Origin: Amoeboradix gromovi X-113
Lineage: Eukaryota > Fungi > Sanchytriomycota
Direction: 5' to 3'
DNA: 18,781 nt
NCBI GenBank assembly: GCA_018985225.1
Contig: JADGIF010000123.1
Coordinates: forward strand, 1-18,781
Positions 1-10,268 of the stretch are shown here, in pieces; position 1 is the stretch's first letter; the number at the start of each line of letters is the position of its first letter. The translations under genes were made by a program, and so were the position numbers. Below the pieces are notes generated by a model. The model made no database searches. It saw only the letters and a program-made list of their open reading frames with translations, and had not been told where the DNA came from.

Positions 1-133
1 TTAAAAAGAGGAATACAATCAATGAACGAAAATTGGTATAATAGAAGAAGATCTTTTATTAATGATAGCATTTCCTCAGTATGGTGCACCTTTAAAAACG
101 AGTTAGTCTAGTTTTTATATTTGGTGTCCCAAG
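1..133. mobile_element. End of a TIR DNA-transposon relic (IS630/Tc1-mariner-like), truncated by the window start
   Basis: 102-133 GTTAGTCTAGTTTTTATATTTGGTGTCCCAAG matches the TIR at 10673-10704. Bases 1-133 align by eye to the reverse complement of ~10269-10390 (AAGAGGAAT...TTCCTC.TATGG.GCACC..TTTAAAAACG..T.GTCTAGTTTTTATAT.TGGTGTC). Confidence 0.7.
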
Positions 134-239
134 AAGAGAGTAAAAATAGCCGTTGAATTTTGTAAAATAAATTATTTATCAATAATCTGTATGTATTTTT
201 ATACAACTGCATGACTCTTCAAATACCTTAAGTACTCGA

Positions 240-631
240 TATTCTTCATCTCGCAAATGGTAAAAAGAATCAATGGATGTCATTCTGAACATGTTAGATC
301 TAAAGAAGAATTAATTGTTACAGCATACATCAACGTTGAGGAACTGGTCCAACATGGAACAACTAGATGCATTTCAAGCAGTCCTCAAAAGAGATCAACG
401 ATAAATAAGTTTTAAGCCATTTATTTAATAATTCATGTCATAGGTCTTACCGCATGAGCAAAAATAGAGATTATATGGCAGCAAGGAGTACAAACAAGTA
501 TTTACATCCTTATTTAGTCCCTCCCAAGGGTAGTGAAAGCGTGAGCAATCACTGTAACGGATATACTATCATTGCTAGTTTCTCTGTGGAAATTCTCCAT
601 TTTCTCCGAAATCAGGACTTTTAACGAGGAG
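240..631 (+). pseudogene. Decayed TnpB/Fanzor (Fanzor2-like) C-terminal region and element right end, copy 1
   Basis: Frameshifted fragments FISQMVKRING...STLRNWSN resemble the Fanzor2 F..SQM...WSH segment. 463-624 reads NRDYMAARSTNKYLHPYLVPPKGSESVSNHCNG...SFSVEILHFLRNQDF*, containing a RuvC-III DRD..AARN-like motif and homologous to ORF 13353-13595(-). The left boundary is approximate. Confidence 0.75.
505..631 (+). ncRNA. Putative omegaRNA scaffold, copy 1 (putative guide from 632: GCGGTCAAAAAGAAAGATAA)
   Basis: About 87% identical by manual alignment to 13346-13469(-). It has a GTGA-GCAA-TCAC GNRA hairpin at 541-552 and an AGTTTCT-CTGT-GGAAATT hairpin. Homology ends abruptly after TTTTAACGAGGAG. 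Confidence 0.6.
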
Positions 632-1582
632 GCGGTCAAAAAGAAAGATAATTAGAAAGTACTTATTGGAGCAGAATTTGATTCCTTATTGTAAGCTGCT
701 GGTGAGGTCAATACAGGTTTTAGTAACATCAATATAAATTGACTGCGAAGATACTCCAATTCTGATAACTAATTCTGAACTTAAGATTAGACATCAAAAA
801 CAAGAAGTAAACTAAGAACTTACAACAACAAGTCCCATAAGATTAAGAACAATAATATTTAATAGTTTCTTAATATCAGCAGGATGCTGCTGGCCACGTA
901 ATCAGCATATACTTTGTAAGGAGAAGTGATAAATGACCCTAAACTTGGGCAGTATTATCTAGTAAATATTATATATTCACCTCTTTACTATTACATGAGA
1001 AGAAAGCAGTCGCAATTTCTACCAAACTCCAAAAAGGTAATAGAGACAATTGCCCAGATCTTTGAAGCGACCAGCACATTTATTAACAGGTGCGCCAACC
1101 GAAATAACAGGTTACTAACTTTTACCAACGTGTTCTAGAAAAATCCTCTTGTTTTTGAATTGAAGCTTTTCATAGAAAAAAATATACAAAGGATTCCTTT
1201 TATCAGCGCAATTGGAGAGGTGCTCATAGTACTGGAAATAAGAAACTTATCTATTCACTTGGAAGGAAAGTATTAATATTTCTAACTCCAGAGTATATTA
1301 CTTTGAAATCATGCTACAACTACCACGAGAATTACGGTAAGTATGAGTATATTAATTCTCAAAAGAGTCTTTGCATACGCAAGTGCACCCTGTTGTGACG
1401 GGGTTGTGGATAGACAACATTTTGTTCATAGGAATTCTGCTATTAAGCGGTGAAAGGCTAAATTAATAGAGAAAGTATAACAATTAAATCATTTCACGTG
1501 ATCTCTAGTTGATAAAATATGCAGTAATTTTGTAAAAATTAGCCGCTCTAATTTTACAGTGGGCGTACCATAACAGAGTTCC

Positions 1583-1888
1583 ATGTTTTCAACTATTTTT
1601 ATTAATTTATTTCTAGTTATATATGTGATGGGCTTCGCAAATATTACCAAATGGATCGCTGAGGTAGACTGCAGTTGCTGGGAAGACACATATGGGTCTG
1701 AAGAAGCCCCTATGATGATCAATTCCTTTGTTAACTCTACCGGAAAGGCCGAATTTGAAGATCTTTGCTACGTTTTCTTAAGTGGTGAAAACAGCAGCAT
1801 CCAAAAATTGGATTGTATGAAATCTTTGGAACCAGATGGAGCAGTTTATGCTAGCGGTGATGAGAAAATTATTGATGAGTTACAATAA
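1583..1888 (+). CDS. Small hypothetical secreted/membrane protein (101 aa)
   Basis: Hydrophobic signal-like N-terminus (MFSTIFINLFLVIYVMG), four Cys and an acidic body. Its stop lies 1 bp from the stop of the convergent gene. Confidence 0.5.
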   Translation: MFSTIFINLFLVIYVMGFANITKWIAEVDCSCWEDTYGSEEAPMMINSFVNSTGKAEFEDLCYVFLSGENSSIQKLDCMKSLEPDGAVYASGDEKIIDELQ

Positions 1889-1889
1889 A

Positions 1890-3562
1890 TTATTTATTGA
1901 CTAGCTGCTCCAATGCAAACGTATCAATCGTAGGTATAGTTGGATAATCCTTTGAGCTTCCTAATACGAATAACGCGCAGCCGCTTGCCATTTTGTTGAA
2001 ATATTTAAAGCAGTCCTCAATTGAAAATTCTAGCTGTTTAGATTGTACAATCAGAGTTGATAAGCTGTCTTGTTCTTGATCTAGTATAATTTCATGTAAG
2101 GAACTGTAAATTTCGCTATTTTTTTTGTTTTTGCTAGATTTCAAAACCAACTCAAGCATAAACCACGGAACAATCAGTATAATACTCTTCGACTTGACCC
2201 ACTTCTCTATGCTTGCAACTAAATTCATTGTTATGTATTTATCCGTCAGTATGACTGCAGTGTTCGATTTTGCTTTCAAATTCGATTTAGCCATCTCAAA
2301 CTTGCTCTCGGGTGTTGAGTATGCTTGGGTTCCGACTTCAGCAATTACAAGTTCCATGAAGTATCCAATTCTTTCGGAACACGACACCAGGGCTTGATCA
2401 ACTGCAATTTGTGGTCCATCTTGATCATCAGTAATTCCCTGCTCATCTGCAAATTTGATAGCCAGCTCCCCAATAAACTGTCCGATTTTCTTTAAGTGGG
2501 TTAAGTCAAAGTCATAAACAGTAATAAATACACCAGTACGCTTTACATTCTTAGATTTGAGAATTTTTACTGTGTCATCAAACAACTACGTTAATAAGAT
2601 TATACTCTTCTGATGTCTGGTTGCGTTAAGAATTCCCGTATATCTGATATATACGAAATTGTGAAGTTAAGGTAATTAATGGTAATTTGGTTACTTGAAT
2701 GGAACTTCACAAATAACTTTAAAATTGCCATATAAATAACTGGGCCAGTCTCAAGATGGAAGAGACCTACACAGCATTTGAATATAAGGTTTTGCATATC
2801 TGGTGTTAGCGAATCTAACAGAAGAAAATCGATGTCTTCTATCTCAACCTCCTGCTTAGCGTATAGTTTGAACAAAACGTATAATAACTTGGAGTACGGA
2901 TGCACGTCAATGACTATAAGGCCTAGAAATACCTTGATGAAATGCTGTAGATTTTCTTCAGCTTTCTTGAATGGATAGGGAGTTAGGATTGCAAATAGAT
3001 AATAATAAAAGCATTTAATGCCATTTTGAAGCTTTTCCATAGGACGCTTTATTGATTCGAATTGGTAGAAGATTCCAAGTTGATTTAAAGACTTGCCATC
3101 GAAATAAAAATAATGGAGCGCAGACAAAGAGTAGTTCGACTCAGTGTCTAGATCTTCATTGAACTGTTTATTATAATAACGGTGGACATCAGATAGTGCC
3201 GAATAGATCTTGTTCAGCAATATAGCATGTATTTGACGATTCGGAAGAGCTTTGCTGGACCTCTTCAGGCAGATACAGTGTTCAAGCTGAATAACATGAA
3301 AAGTAGAGGTGTTGGAGGGCAGTTCGTGTATATAAACCAAGGACATAAGATTAAAGCTACCAATTGCACTAATTAGAATTCTCTTGGATGAATCTGTATT
3401 TTGTAATTGCTGTTTCCACATTAGAAAGAGCTTATCAACTAAGTTCAATTTTATAGCCAGTTCAGAGTTTTTACAGATGAGTTTTTCATATTCTAAAAGC
3501 AGTGGTTCAAAATAAGATGAATCAGACAGATACTTTTCCTGTAATGATATCAATTTTTGCAT
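1890..3562 (-). CDS. EST1/SMG5-SMG6-SMG7-family NMD factor with a degenerate C-terminal PIN-like domain; exons 3562-2606 and 2585-1890 (~550 aa)
   Basis: EST1 TPR motifs LSDVHRY, DGKSLNQLG and YYYLFAILTPYPFKKAEENL; PIN-like VILTDKY...ILIVPWFMLEL. Removing the 20-nt intron 2586-2605 joins the two ORFs in frame (IRR|LFDD). Confidence 0.75.
2586..2605 (-). other. 20-nt spliceosomal intron
   Basis: GTATAATCTTATTAACGTAG, phase 0; removal deletes the stop and fuses ORFs 2600-3562 and 1890-2585. Confidence 0.8.
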
Positions 3563-3738
3563 CTCTTATGTTTGACAATGGATGGAGAACAAAAAAATAT
3601 TTCGATTCTCCTGGCAAATGAGGCAATCCACTTAACATAAGCTTGTCAATTTTAAGCCTTATTGCTCTCCGTAATTAAACCTACATTAAGCAGAGCTTAT
3701 TCTAACTCTTTCAAGTCAACCTCCAAGTTTCATTCCTA

Positions 3739-6193
3739 ATGCAACAATTAAAAGAGTTGTTGTTAAGGAATCAATCTGGTACTGGCGCTAATTTGTTAAA
3801 CGAGTATATCCAGCAGAACATTAACAACGTAGCCTTCTATAAAGAACTTTTGGATATCTTTGTCGAAGACACAGATCGTGTAGGAACATCGGCTGGATTG
3901 GTACTAAAAAACCATATTTATCACATTAACGATCCTGCGTTCATTGAATACATTACCAACGCTCTGTTGTCTGTGCCTCGCAACGATCGATTCCGTGTCG
4001 GAATCATTGGTACAATTCTTGGAAAATTGCACTTGCATTTCCCGAGTATTCCAGTAGCTCAACATATTTTAGAATTATTTGCAAATGATCCATCCGCCTC
4101 AATGTTTAATATTGTTGACAAAATGTGTCAAGAAAAGGAGTTGGAGCTGCAGCCAATTCACTTTTCCATAATTCTAGCGTATTTAACGACCCAAGAATGT
4201 TCAAGATTCGCTTTTGATATAATATCCACCTGCATCAATTCCTATCAGATTGACCAGTTTATCCCAGAATTGATCAACCAACTTTGTTCGTCTCCCAATA
4301 TGTACAGACAGCAGAGTCTCCAGTTGCTTACTAAAATAGCAGAGTATAAAAGCCAGTTACTCATTCAGTCTAATTTTGAAGATACCCTGAAGTATGTGTT
4401 CAATCATTTTGACCTTGATGGTGCGGAGTTTATCTTAGCGTTTGTGGAGAACAATAATTTTAGAGACGCTTTGAATACATGGCTTCCAACTCTTGTTCCA
4501 CTGCTACTACTAGGTATGCAATATACTAGCGAAGAAGTGCAATCGACTCTTGAAGATGATGAAATTGCGCCTAGACATCACTTGGCTCAAGTTCATAACC
4601 AGCAAGTTGATGACGACGATGAGGACGATATTGATTTCTACGGTGATTGGAACTTTAGAAAATGTTGTGCTTCCACCCTCGATGCTTTGAGTGACTGTTT
4701 TAAAGGTCAGCTGCTGCCAATTATTCTTCCATTATTGAAAGACAGCTTTAGCAATTCAGATTGGCTTGTTCGCGAAGCGGGTATTCTAGCATTAGGAGCA
4801 ATCGCAGACGGTTGCGATTTGGAACTGAATGTGTTTTTGGATGAGTTGATTCCATTTCTACTAAATTGCTGCAGCGATCCACATCCACTAGTTATTAGTA
4901 TATCTGTTTGGGCGTTAAGCAGGTTTTCGTTATTTATTTGTCAATCGAGCCACTTTGAGCCTGCTTTATCAGCATTATTACAAGGACTTCAAAATAACAA
5001 TTCAAAAGTTCAAGAATGTAGCTGTGCTGCTTTGACAGTGTTTAGCGATTATGCTCATGATTTGTCAAACTATAAAGTACCAATTATGAATGCCATTGTA
5101 CCCTGCCTTGGTGTTTATTCGAAAAAGAATTTAATTATGCTGATGGATGCTCTAGGGCAGATAGCATACATATTTAATGACCAGCTTCGGGACCCTGTGA
5201 TAATGAATGCTATTATTCCTCCGCTACTTCAATACTGGGATAATATCAAAATTAGTGATGTCATTTTTCCTACTTTATTAGATTGCTTACAACATTTGTT
5301 CGTAGCTTTTGGACCACTTGTAATGCCATTTGCGCAAAATATATTGCTCAAGATATGTACTAGCTGTATTGCAATTTTGGATAATCTACTCTTGGTTGGA
5401 ATTGATAGTGATTACGATGCCAGCCACGTTCAAAGTAATTTGGACCTTGCAAGCGGATTGCTAAATGGACTAGCCTCTGAAAGTAGCGTATTCTATATGT
5501 TTAGAGTAGAATTGAACGCAATATTCCACAAATGCTTAGAGCATGATGATTTGGATATTCACCAAAGTATTTATGGCTTATTAGGAGAGATATGTAGATT
5601 TCAATTCCAAGTCATTAAAGAGCATCACTCTTATTACTACGCCAAGGCCGTTCATCAACTAGGTGTTTTGGGGGATATGAAAACAACTAGCAATTCTGTA
5701 TGGTTCATTGGAGAGTATACTATCCAGGTGAATGGTCAGTTAGAGCATTTAGATGTAGTGACTAGTAAGTTGCATATGCTCTTGATAAAAGAAGGCGAAC
5801 CTAGTGCGAATTTGGTAGAAAATGTTGCAGTTACTATAGCTAGAATAGCTGTTTACAATCCCGTTGCTGTGATTAATGCTTTGAATGGCCAATTTGGTAG
5901 ATTTGTAGAGATGCTGAATGTATTGCATGATCCAAACGAGAAGATGAGCGCATACTCAGGGTTGTACGCTATGATAACTGTACAGAGTAATATCATAATG
6001 GGAAATTTACGAATGATATTGTTGACTATTGCAAACAATAAAACCAATGAAGTAGGGCTATATGAGCTGATGAAGAAAGTAATATCAATTAACGTAGACC
6101 ATATTGTTGTTAAAGCAGTACCCAAACTATGAGCAGGAATTAGCGCAGTTAACTCAAGAAGAGAAAATGACATTAGTTCAAAGATACTTGTAG
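3739..6193 (+). CDS. TNPO1: Transportin-1 / importin beta-2 (Kap104); exons 3739-6078 and 6098-6193 (~811 aa)
   Basis: HEAT repeats; SAGLVLKN; acidic loop DDDDEDDIDFYGDWNFRKCCASTLDAL; WLVREAGILALGAIADGC; VQECSCAAL; LVENVAVTIARI. Splicing a 19-nt intron gives the helical C-terminus KKTILLLKQYPNYEQELAQLTQEEKMTLVQRYL*. Confidence 0.92.
6079..6097 (+). other. 19-nt spliceosomal intron
   Basis: GTAATATCAATTAACGTAG, phase 0; same TTAACGTAG 3' end as intron 2586-2605. Confidence 0.75.
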
Positions 6194-6239
6194 GAAAACG
6201 CAAAATAAATCTCGCTTTAAATATTTTTACTGCTTATAC

Positions 6240-7731
6240 TTACAACTCCTCGATAATAGGCACTTCAGGAACATTGGGGTGTACTGGATCCTTATTGGCT
6301 TTCGCTTTAGAAGTTTTAAGGATAGGTTCTACAGATTGTATAGATTTTTGCTTAGATTCGACGCTGTTGGAATTGTATTTGATGTTTCTAAATGGTTCAA
6401 TGGACACCGCGGAGACAAAGCAATCACCATTAGATGACAATATCTCTTGTATTGATAACATTTTTCTAGGTTTGCTATTATCGGACAACTCATATAGAAC
6501 AGACATTTTGCCCATGTTAACTTTGATTTGTTGATTGATTAAATCCAAGAGTTTTTCCACATTATTAAACCTAAACTCAGAAACTGTGATCTTCAAACCT
6601 GTATGTTGAGAGTCTCCATTGGGAAATACAGTTATGATCTTTTGAGCTCTTCCCTGTGTTAATTAAAAATACATTTGCAGTTCCGGGTCTCGAGGACTGG
6701 ATAGATTGAAGCTGATAATTTCCAGGTAGAGGGTATTTTTCTAATGTTTTAGAAACACAAACAACATTTAATCCCTCTGTAAGTATAGAGAGGTCTTTAA
6801 TTTCTGACTTCACATTCATTTCGAAAACTGAGCGAACGGGACCCTCTCTTGGCTTTAGTGTAAAGGACAAAATGTTAAGAAATTGTTCAAAATTTTTACA
6901 GTTTTTCCAATTTAAAACTACAGGTTTGGGCTTTAGCATATCAAATCCACTCAAGTGGGCAAATATTCTGATGGACTTGCCACCAAATTCAAATATGTTT
7001 TCACTTTTTACGACATCCTTAAATGCTTTAATGTCCTGTGCTTTCTGAGACTTTTGATTAAGTACGGTTTCCACAGAAGATGACCCTTTCTCATTGGTCA
7101 CTATTGGGTATCTAAATTTTTCTCTTGGTTTAACAATTTTCGAATTGGCGATTGCAATTATGTTCACCCCATCGTAAAAATCGTCCATACTAACTATCTG
7201 AGATAAATTACTTGCATCAAACAGCAGCTTTATTGTGCCATCATTCGCTTTTAGTTCTTCAGATAGAAACGATAACATAGATCCAAAGGATTTTGAATTT
7301 CTATAATTTAATACTAGCCTTTTCGGAGCATCCATAGGATTTCCTTCAATATAAACATAAACCCGAATTCCCTTCGAATCTGGAGTAAACACGCATTTTT
7401 CTTGCACCACCTCTTCTTTTACTTTCTCAGCGTTCCCATAAGACACCCTCCTCTTTTCCAGTAAATAAGTGCATTTTATAAATGCTTCACCAGAAGACGC
7501 AACGTACTGCTGCTGGTCTTGGAGTTCTGACAGCTTTTTGACTTCTGCTCCGGTCATTGTATAAAGTTTTCTTACTGCGCCTTTTTTTAATCCGATGTTT
7601 GAAACTTCTGTCAGCAATTGCTCCCAATTTTTAAACAACCTTTGTGTGATATTATAGCGCTTTCCTTCAAAATTTTCGTCCCCGTTTTTGAATACTTGTA
7701 TTCTAACTGGATTTGAAGATTCTGCGCTCAT
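6240..7731 (-). CDS. Doublecortin (DCX) domain protein with four DCX-like repeats; exons 7731-6673 and 6653-6240 (~490 aa)
   Basis: RIQVFKNGDENFEG...GAVRKLYTMTG..V..L.EL.DQQQYVASSGEAF is a canonical DCX domain. Further repeats begin at IRVYVYIEGNP, IRIFAHLSG and, after splicing, KIITVFPNGDSQHTG. Confidence 0.85.
6654..6672 (-). other. 19-nt spliceosomal intron
   Basis: GTATTTTTAATTAACACAG, phase 0; removal restores the VFPNGD start of the fourth DCX repeat. Confidence 0.85.
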
Positions 7732-7768
7732 GTAAATAAATGGGTAATTATGACACGCGATTTACTAT

Positions 7769-8473
7769 TTATGAGAATTGGTAAGCACCAGTATTAGGAT
7801 GCTTTCTAGTCCATTTATCTATTCCTTCTATCGATTCTGCGACGCTTTCATAGTGAGGCTGATTAATCTCTTTAAATGGATACTTTTCAACGAATTCAGG
7901 GTCTTCTAAACTAGGTGGTGCAAAAAGCTTTATCCTGCTTCGCGTAGGTTTAATTTTTGGCGCTTTAGTTGGTATTACTCTATCTACATCCATTTGTTCA
8001 CTTTCCTTGTTTTTAAATGTTACAGGTGCTGCAGATTCCACAACTTCTTTAATATTATTGGATTGTCCTATACTTTGTGTAACCTCGCTTTGAAGTTGCA
8101 AAATAGTTCCTTCCTTTTTGCATTCCATCACCGCCCTCTCTAAATATCCTGGGGCTTTGTTGCGTATAACTGGATCTTTCAGCTGTTTAACCACTGCCAT
8201 TTTTGGTTGCTTCTTTTTTCCAATTTGAGAAGGCATTTTGTGAACCTTCTGCAACGGTTTTCCGAGTACAATTGTTTTATTTTTATCTCTCAGACTACTG
8301 GATATTGTTCTAGATCCTCTATTCGTCCTTGCTTTTGTTGGGGATTCTGCAGGACCAACAGGTTCTGACCTCGATATCGGAGATAAGGCATACTTAAGTT
8401 TATCTATTAGCGGACTTGCCGCTCTTTTCATGCTATCAAAAAAGCTGGAAACTGAAGTAGTAGGTGATGACAT
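7769..8473 (-). CDS. Hypothetical basic, Ser/Pro/Lys-rich protein (234 aa)
   Basis: Uninterrupted ORF filling the space between neighbours, with several SP motifs. No family recognised. Confidence 0.7.
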   Translation of the reverse strand: MSSPTTSVSSFFDSMKRAASPLIDKLKYALSPISRSEPVGPAESPTKARTNRGSRTISSSLRDKNKTIVLGKPLQKVHKMPSQIGKKKQPKMAVVKQLKDPVIRNKAPGYLERAVMECKKEGTILQLQSEVTQSIGQSNNIKEVVESAAPVTFKNKESEQMDVDRVIPTKAPKIKPTRSRIKLFAPPSLEDPEFVEKYPFKEINQPHYESVAESIEGIDKWTRKHPNTGAYQFS

Positions 8474-8535
8474 TGAAACTTAAAACTCCTTTTTAATATT
8501 TATTTTAAAGCTCCGTAAAGAGTTAAAATACAGAT

Positions 8536-9124
8536 TTATTGATAGTCACAGACTATAACGCTACAAGACTTGGAGATACCGCATCCAACCGTTTGATAGT
8601 TTCTCATAATTCTATAATGTCCCCCTGATGAACCTATATGAAAACATAGTACCTTCTGATGCCCACATGTTGGCGCTATCTTCATAGGTGGAAGTCCAAG
8701 CCATGTTTTGGCCTGAGGCACCTCTGGGTAAATTAGCGTGGCCAGTAGGACAATTATTAGCATGCATCTGCGCAAGCCGTGCGATTTTGCTGTTCCACTG
8801 TATAGAGCGACCCCGCGTTCTTTTATGTATTTCTAGCAGTCGGTTAATATCAGCTTGCGAACCACCATCCGAACTAGGTGCAGCATAATTAGGGTAATTT
8901 GGAGCATACTGTTGGTATATGTCATGGAAATAAACAGGTTTCCCAAAACGATTGTGCTTTATTTTGTTTCTTGCTGTGCTTTTGCGCGTTTTGTATTCAT
9001 TCCAAACATTAGACAGAATTTTGACTCGGTATTTTTGGCCGCTATTATCTTCAATGGTTTGCAGACGATGATGCCTATGATGATGTACCCTGGCGACCAC
9101 CAATACAACAAACAAAAGCAACAT
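8536..9124 (-). CDS. Secreted CAP/SCP/PR-1 (PRY-like) protein; exons 9124-8653 and 8633-8536 (~189 aa)
   Basis: Signal peptide; LLEIH..R...IQWNSKIARLAQMHANNC..GH...GQNMAW. After splicing it reads WASEGSSGGHYRIM...VGCG...IVCDY, completing the CAP motifs. Confidence 0.88.
8634..8652 (-). other. 19-nt spliceosomal intron
   Basis: GTACTATGTTTTCATATAG, phase 1; removal joins the CAP N-terminal part to the GHY/VGC/VC.Y part found in another frame. Confidence 0.85.
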
Positions 9125-9173
9125 CCAAATCTCAAGGGGTATCCTGTGATCTTCTCAAAATGAGGTGATAAAA

Positions 9174-9590
9174 TTATTTCAAACATAGAATCGTAGGCTT
9201 CTTTAGCGGAATTCTGTCTTGAATTATGTGCTTAGTTATTAGACCAAGGTCGTCATATATATAAATAAAAACAAATTCTTCTTCAAGCTTTTCATTTGCA
9301 TCGTATGCTTCCAAAAGCAATCTGACATGAAGATCCTCTTTACCATGCGCTTCCGCACGAAGAACGGTAGTCTCTATTTCAGGATATCTCCACGTAAGTA
9401 GCAGATGGCAACTCTTTGCAACACATCGGTATTGGAAAAGTCCATTGGCATGTAATTTTGTATGCATATCTAACAACTGTATGTTTCTACTGTATATTGA
9501 GAAGTCTTGAAGGCCTTTCTGTGGAAATTGATGGAGTTCATTCAAGAGTTTATGAACAGGTCTAGCGAATAACGTTTTGCAGTGGGTCAT
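9174..9590 (-). CDS. DUF2358/C6orf136-like (SnoaL-like fold) protein
   Basis: L.EL..F......DFSIYSRNI.L.D......GL.QY ... Y.YDDLGLITKH pattern, recognised from memory of the family. The 5' end is uncertain. Confidence 0.55.
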   Translation of the reverse strand: MTHCKTLFARPVHKLLNELHQFPQKGLQDFSIYSRNIQLLDMHTKLHANGLFQYRCVAKSCHLLLTWRYPEIETTVLRAEAHGKEDLHVRLLLEAYDANEKLEEEFVFIYIYDDLGLITKHIIQDRIPLKKPTILCLK

Positions 9591-10268
9591 ACTCTACAAA
9601 AAATAGACAAACGTTTTAAAACAAATGTCACAAAAAGATAGAGCTACTCGAGAAGACATGATACATTTCATTTCATAACCAACGCATAAGTTAACGATTA
9701 ATCCCAACTATTTTGTTTTAAACTCAGGAATAGGAAAAAATAGCGATAATTTCTTGCTCTTTATGACAGGCTAGCCCTTTCTTTTGCGCTTGTAAATGTC
9801 ATCACTATAGTTAATTGCTTCATTTGCACACTCGCTGACTCATCTTGACTTCTTCCTATATCTATCATCATATTTCATATCCGTAGCGAAAGTCTTTCCT
9901 AGAATTGTCTATCTGTGAACCAAATCCATTACTCTCTGTTCAATTAGGAATCTCAAAACCAACTTTATTTACATTAACTTGTGCCACATCTGTATGTTAG
10001 CAATCTAAAGCGTAAATGTCGAACAATTAAATAATCTATAAAACGATTGCAATTCCATAGGTCCTCAAAGATCGGTACCAGTTTATTATGTATCCTAGAT
10101 GTTATCTCGCTCTTCTCAATGTCTTAAACCTTGGGTTTACGAAATTGGTGATGTTAGTAAACAAATGGTTTTGCTTGTCTAATAGAAGATTTCATCTTCT
10201 TATTCGATAAGGGTGCGAATCATAAAGTGACCAATTTCTAGATAATTTAAAAGAATATCCAAGAGCGG

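Noticed and set aside
1-631. Fanzor carried as cargo by the Tc1/IS630-like TIR element
   Set aside because: The TIR at 102-133 closes an element lying to its left, so the Fanzor relic is outside it. Adjacency or nested insertion is more likely, and copy 2 has no such TIR.
660-1470. Hydrophobic coding-like fragments on the minus strand and ORF 926-1138
   Set aside because: Multiple stops and no recognisable family; possibly a decayed membrane-protein gene but not supportable.
2914-2932. GTATTTCTAGGCCTTATAG (minus strand), a 19-nt GT-AG segment inside the SMG-like ORF
   Set aside because: Removal shifts the frame into an early stop, while the unspliced frame is open. It shows that chance 19-mers occur.
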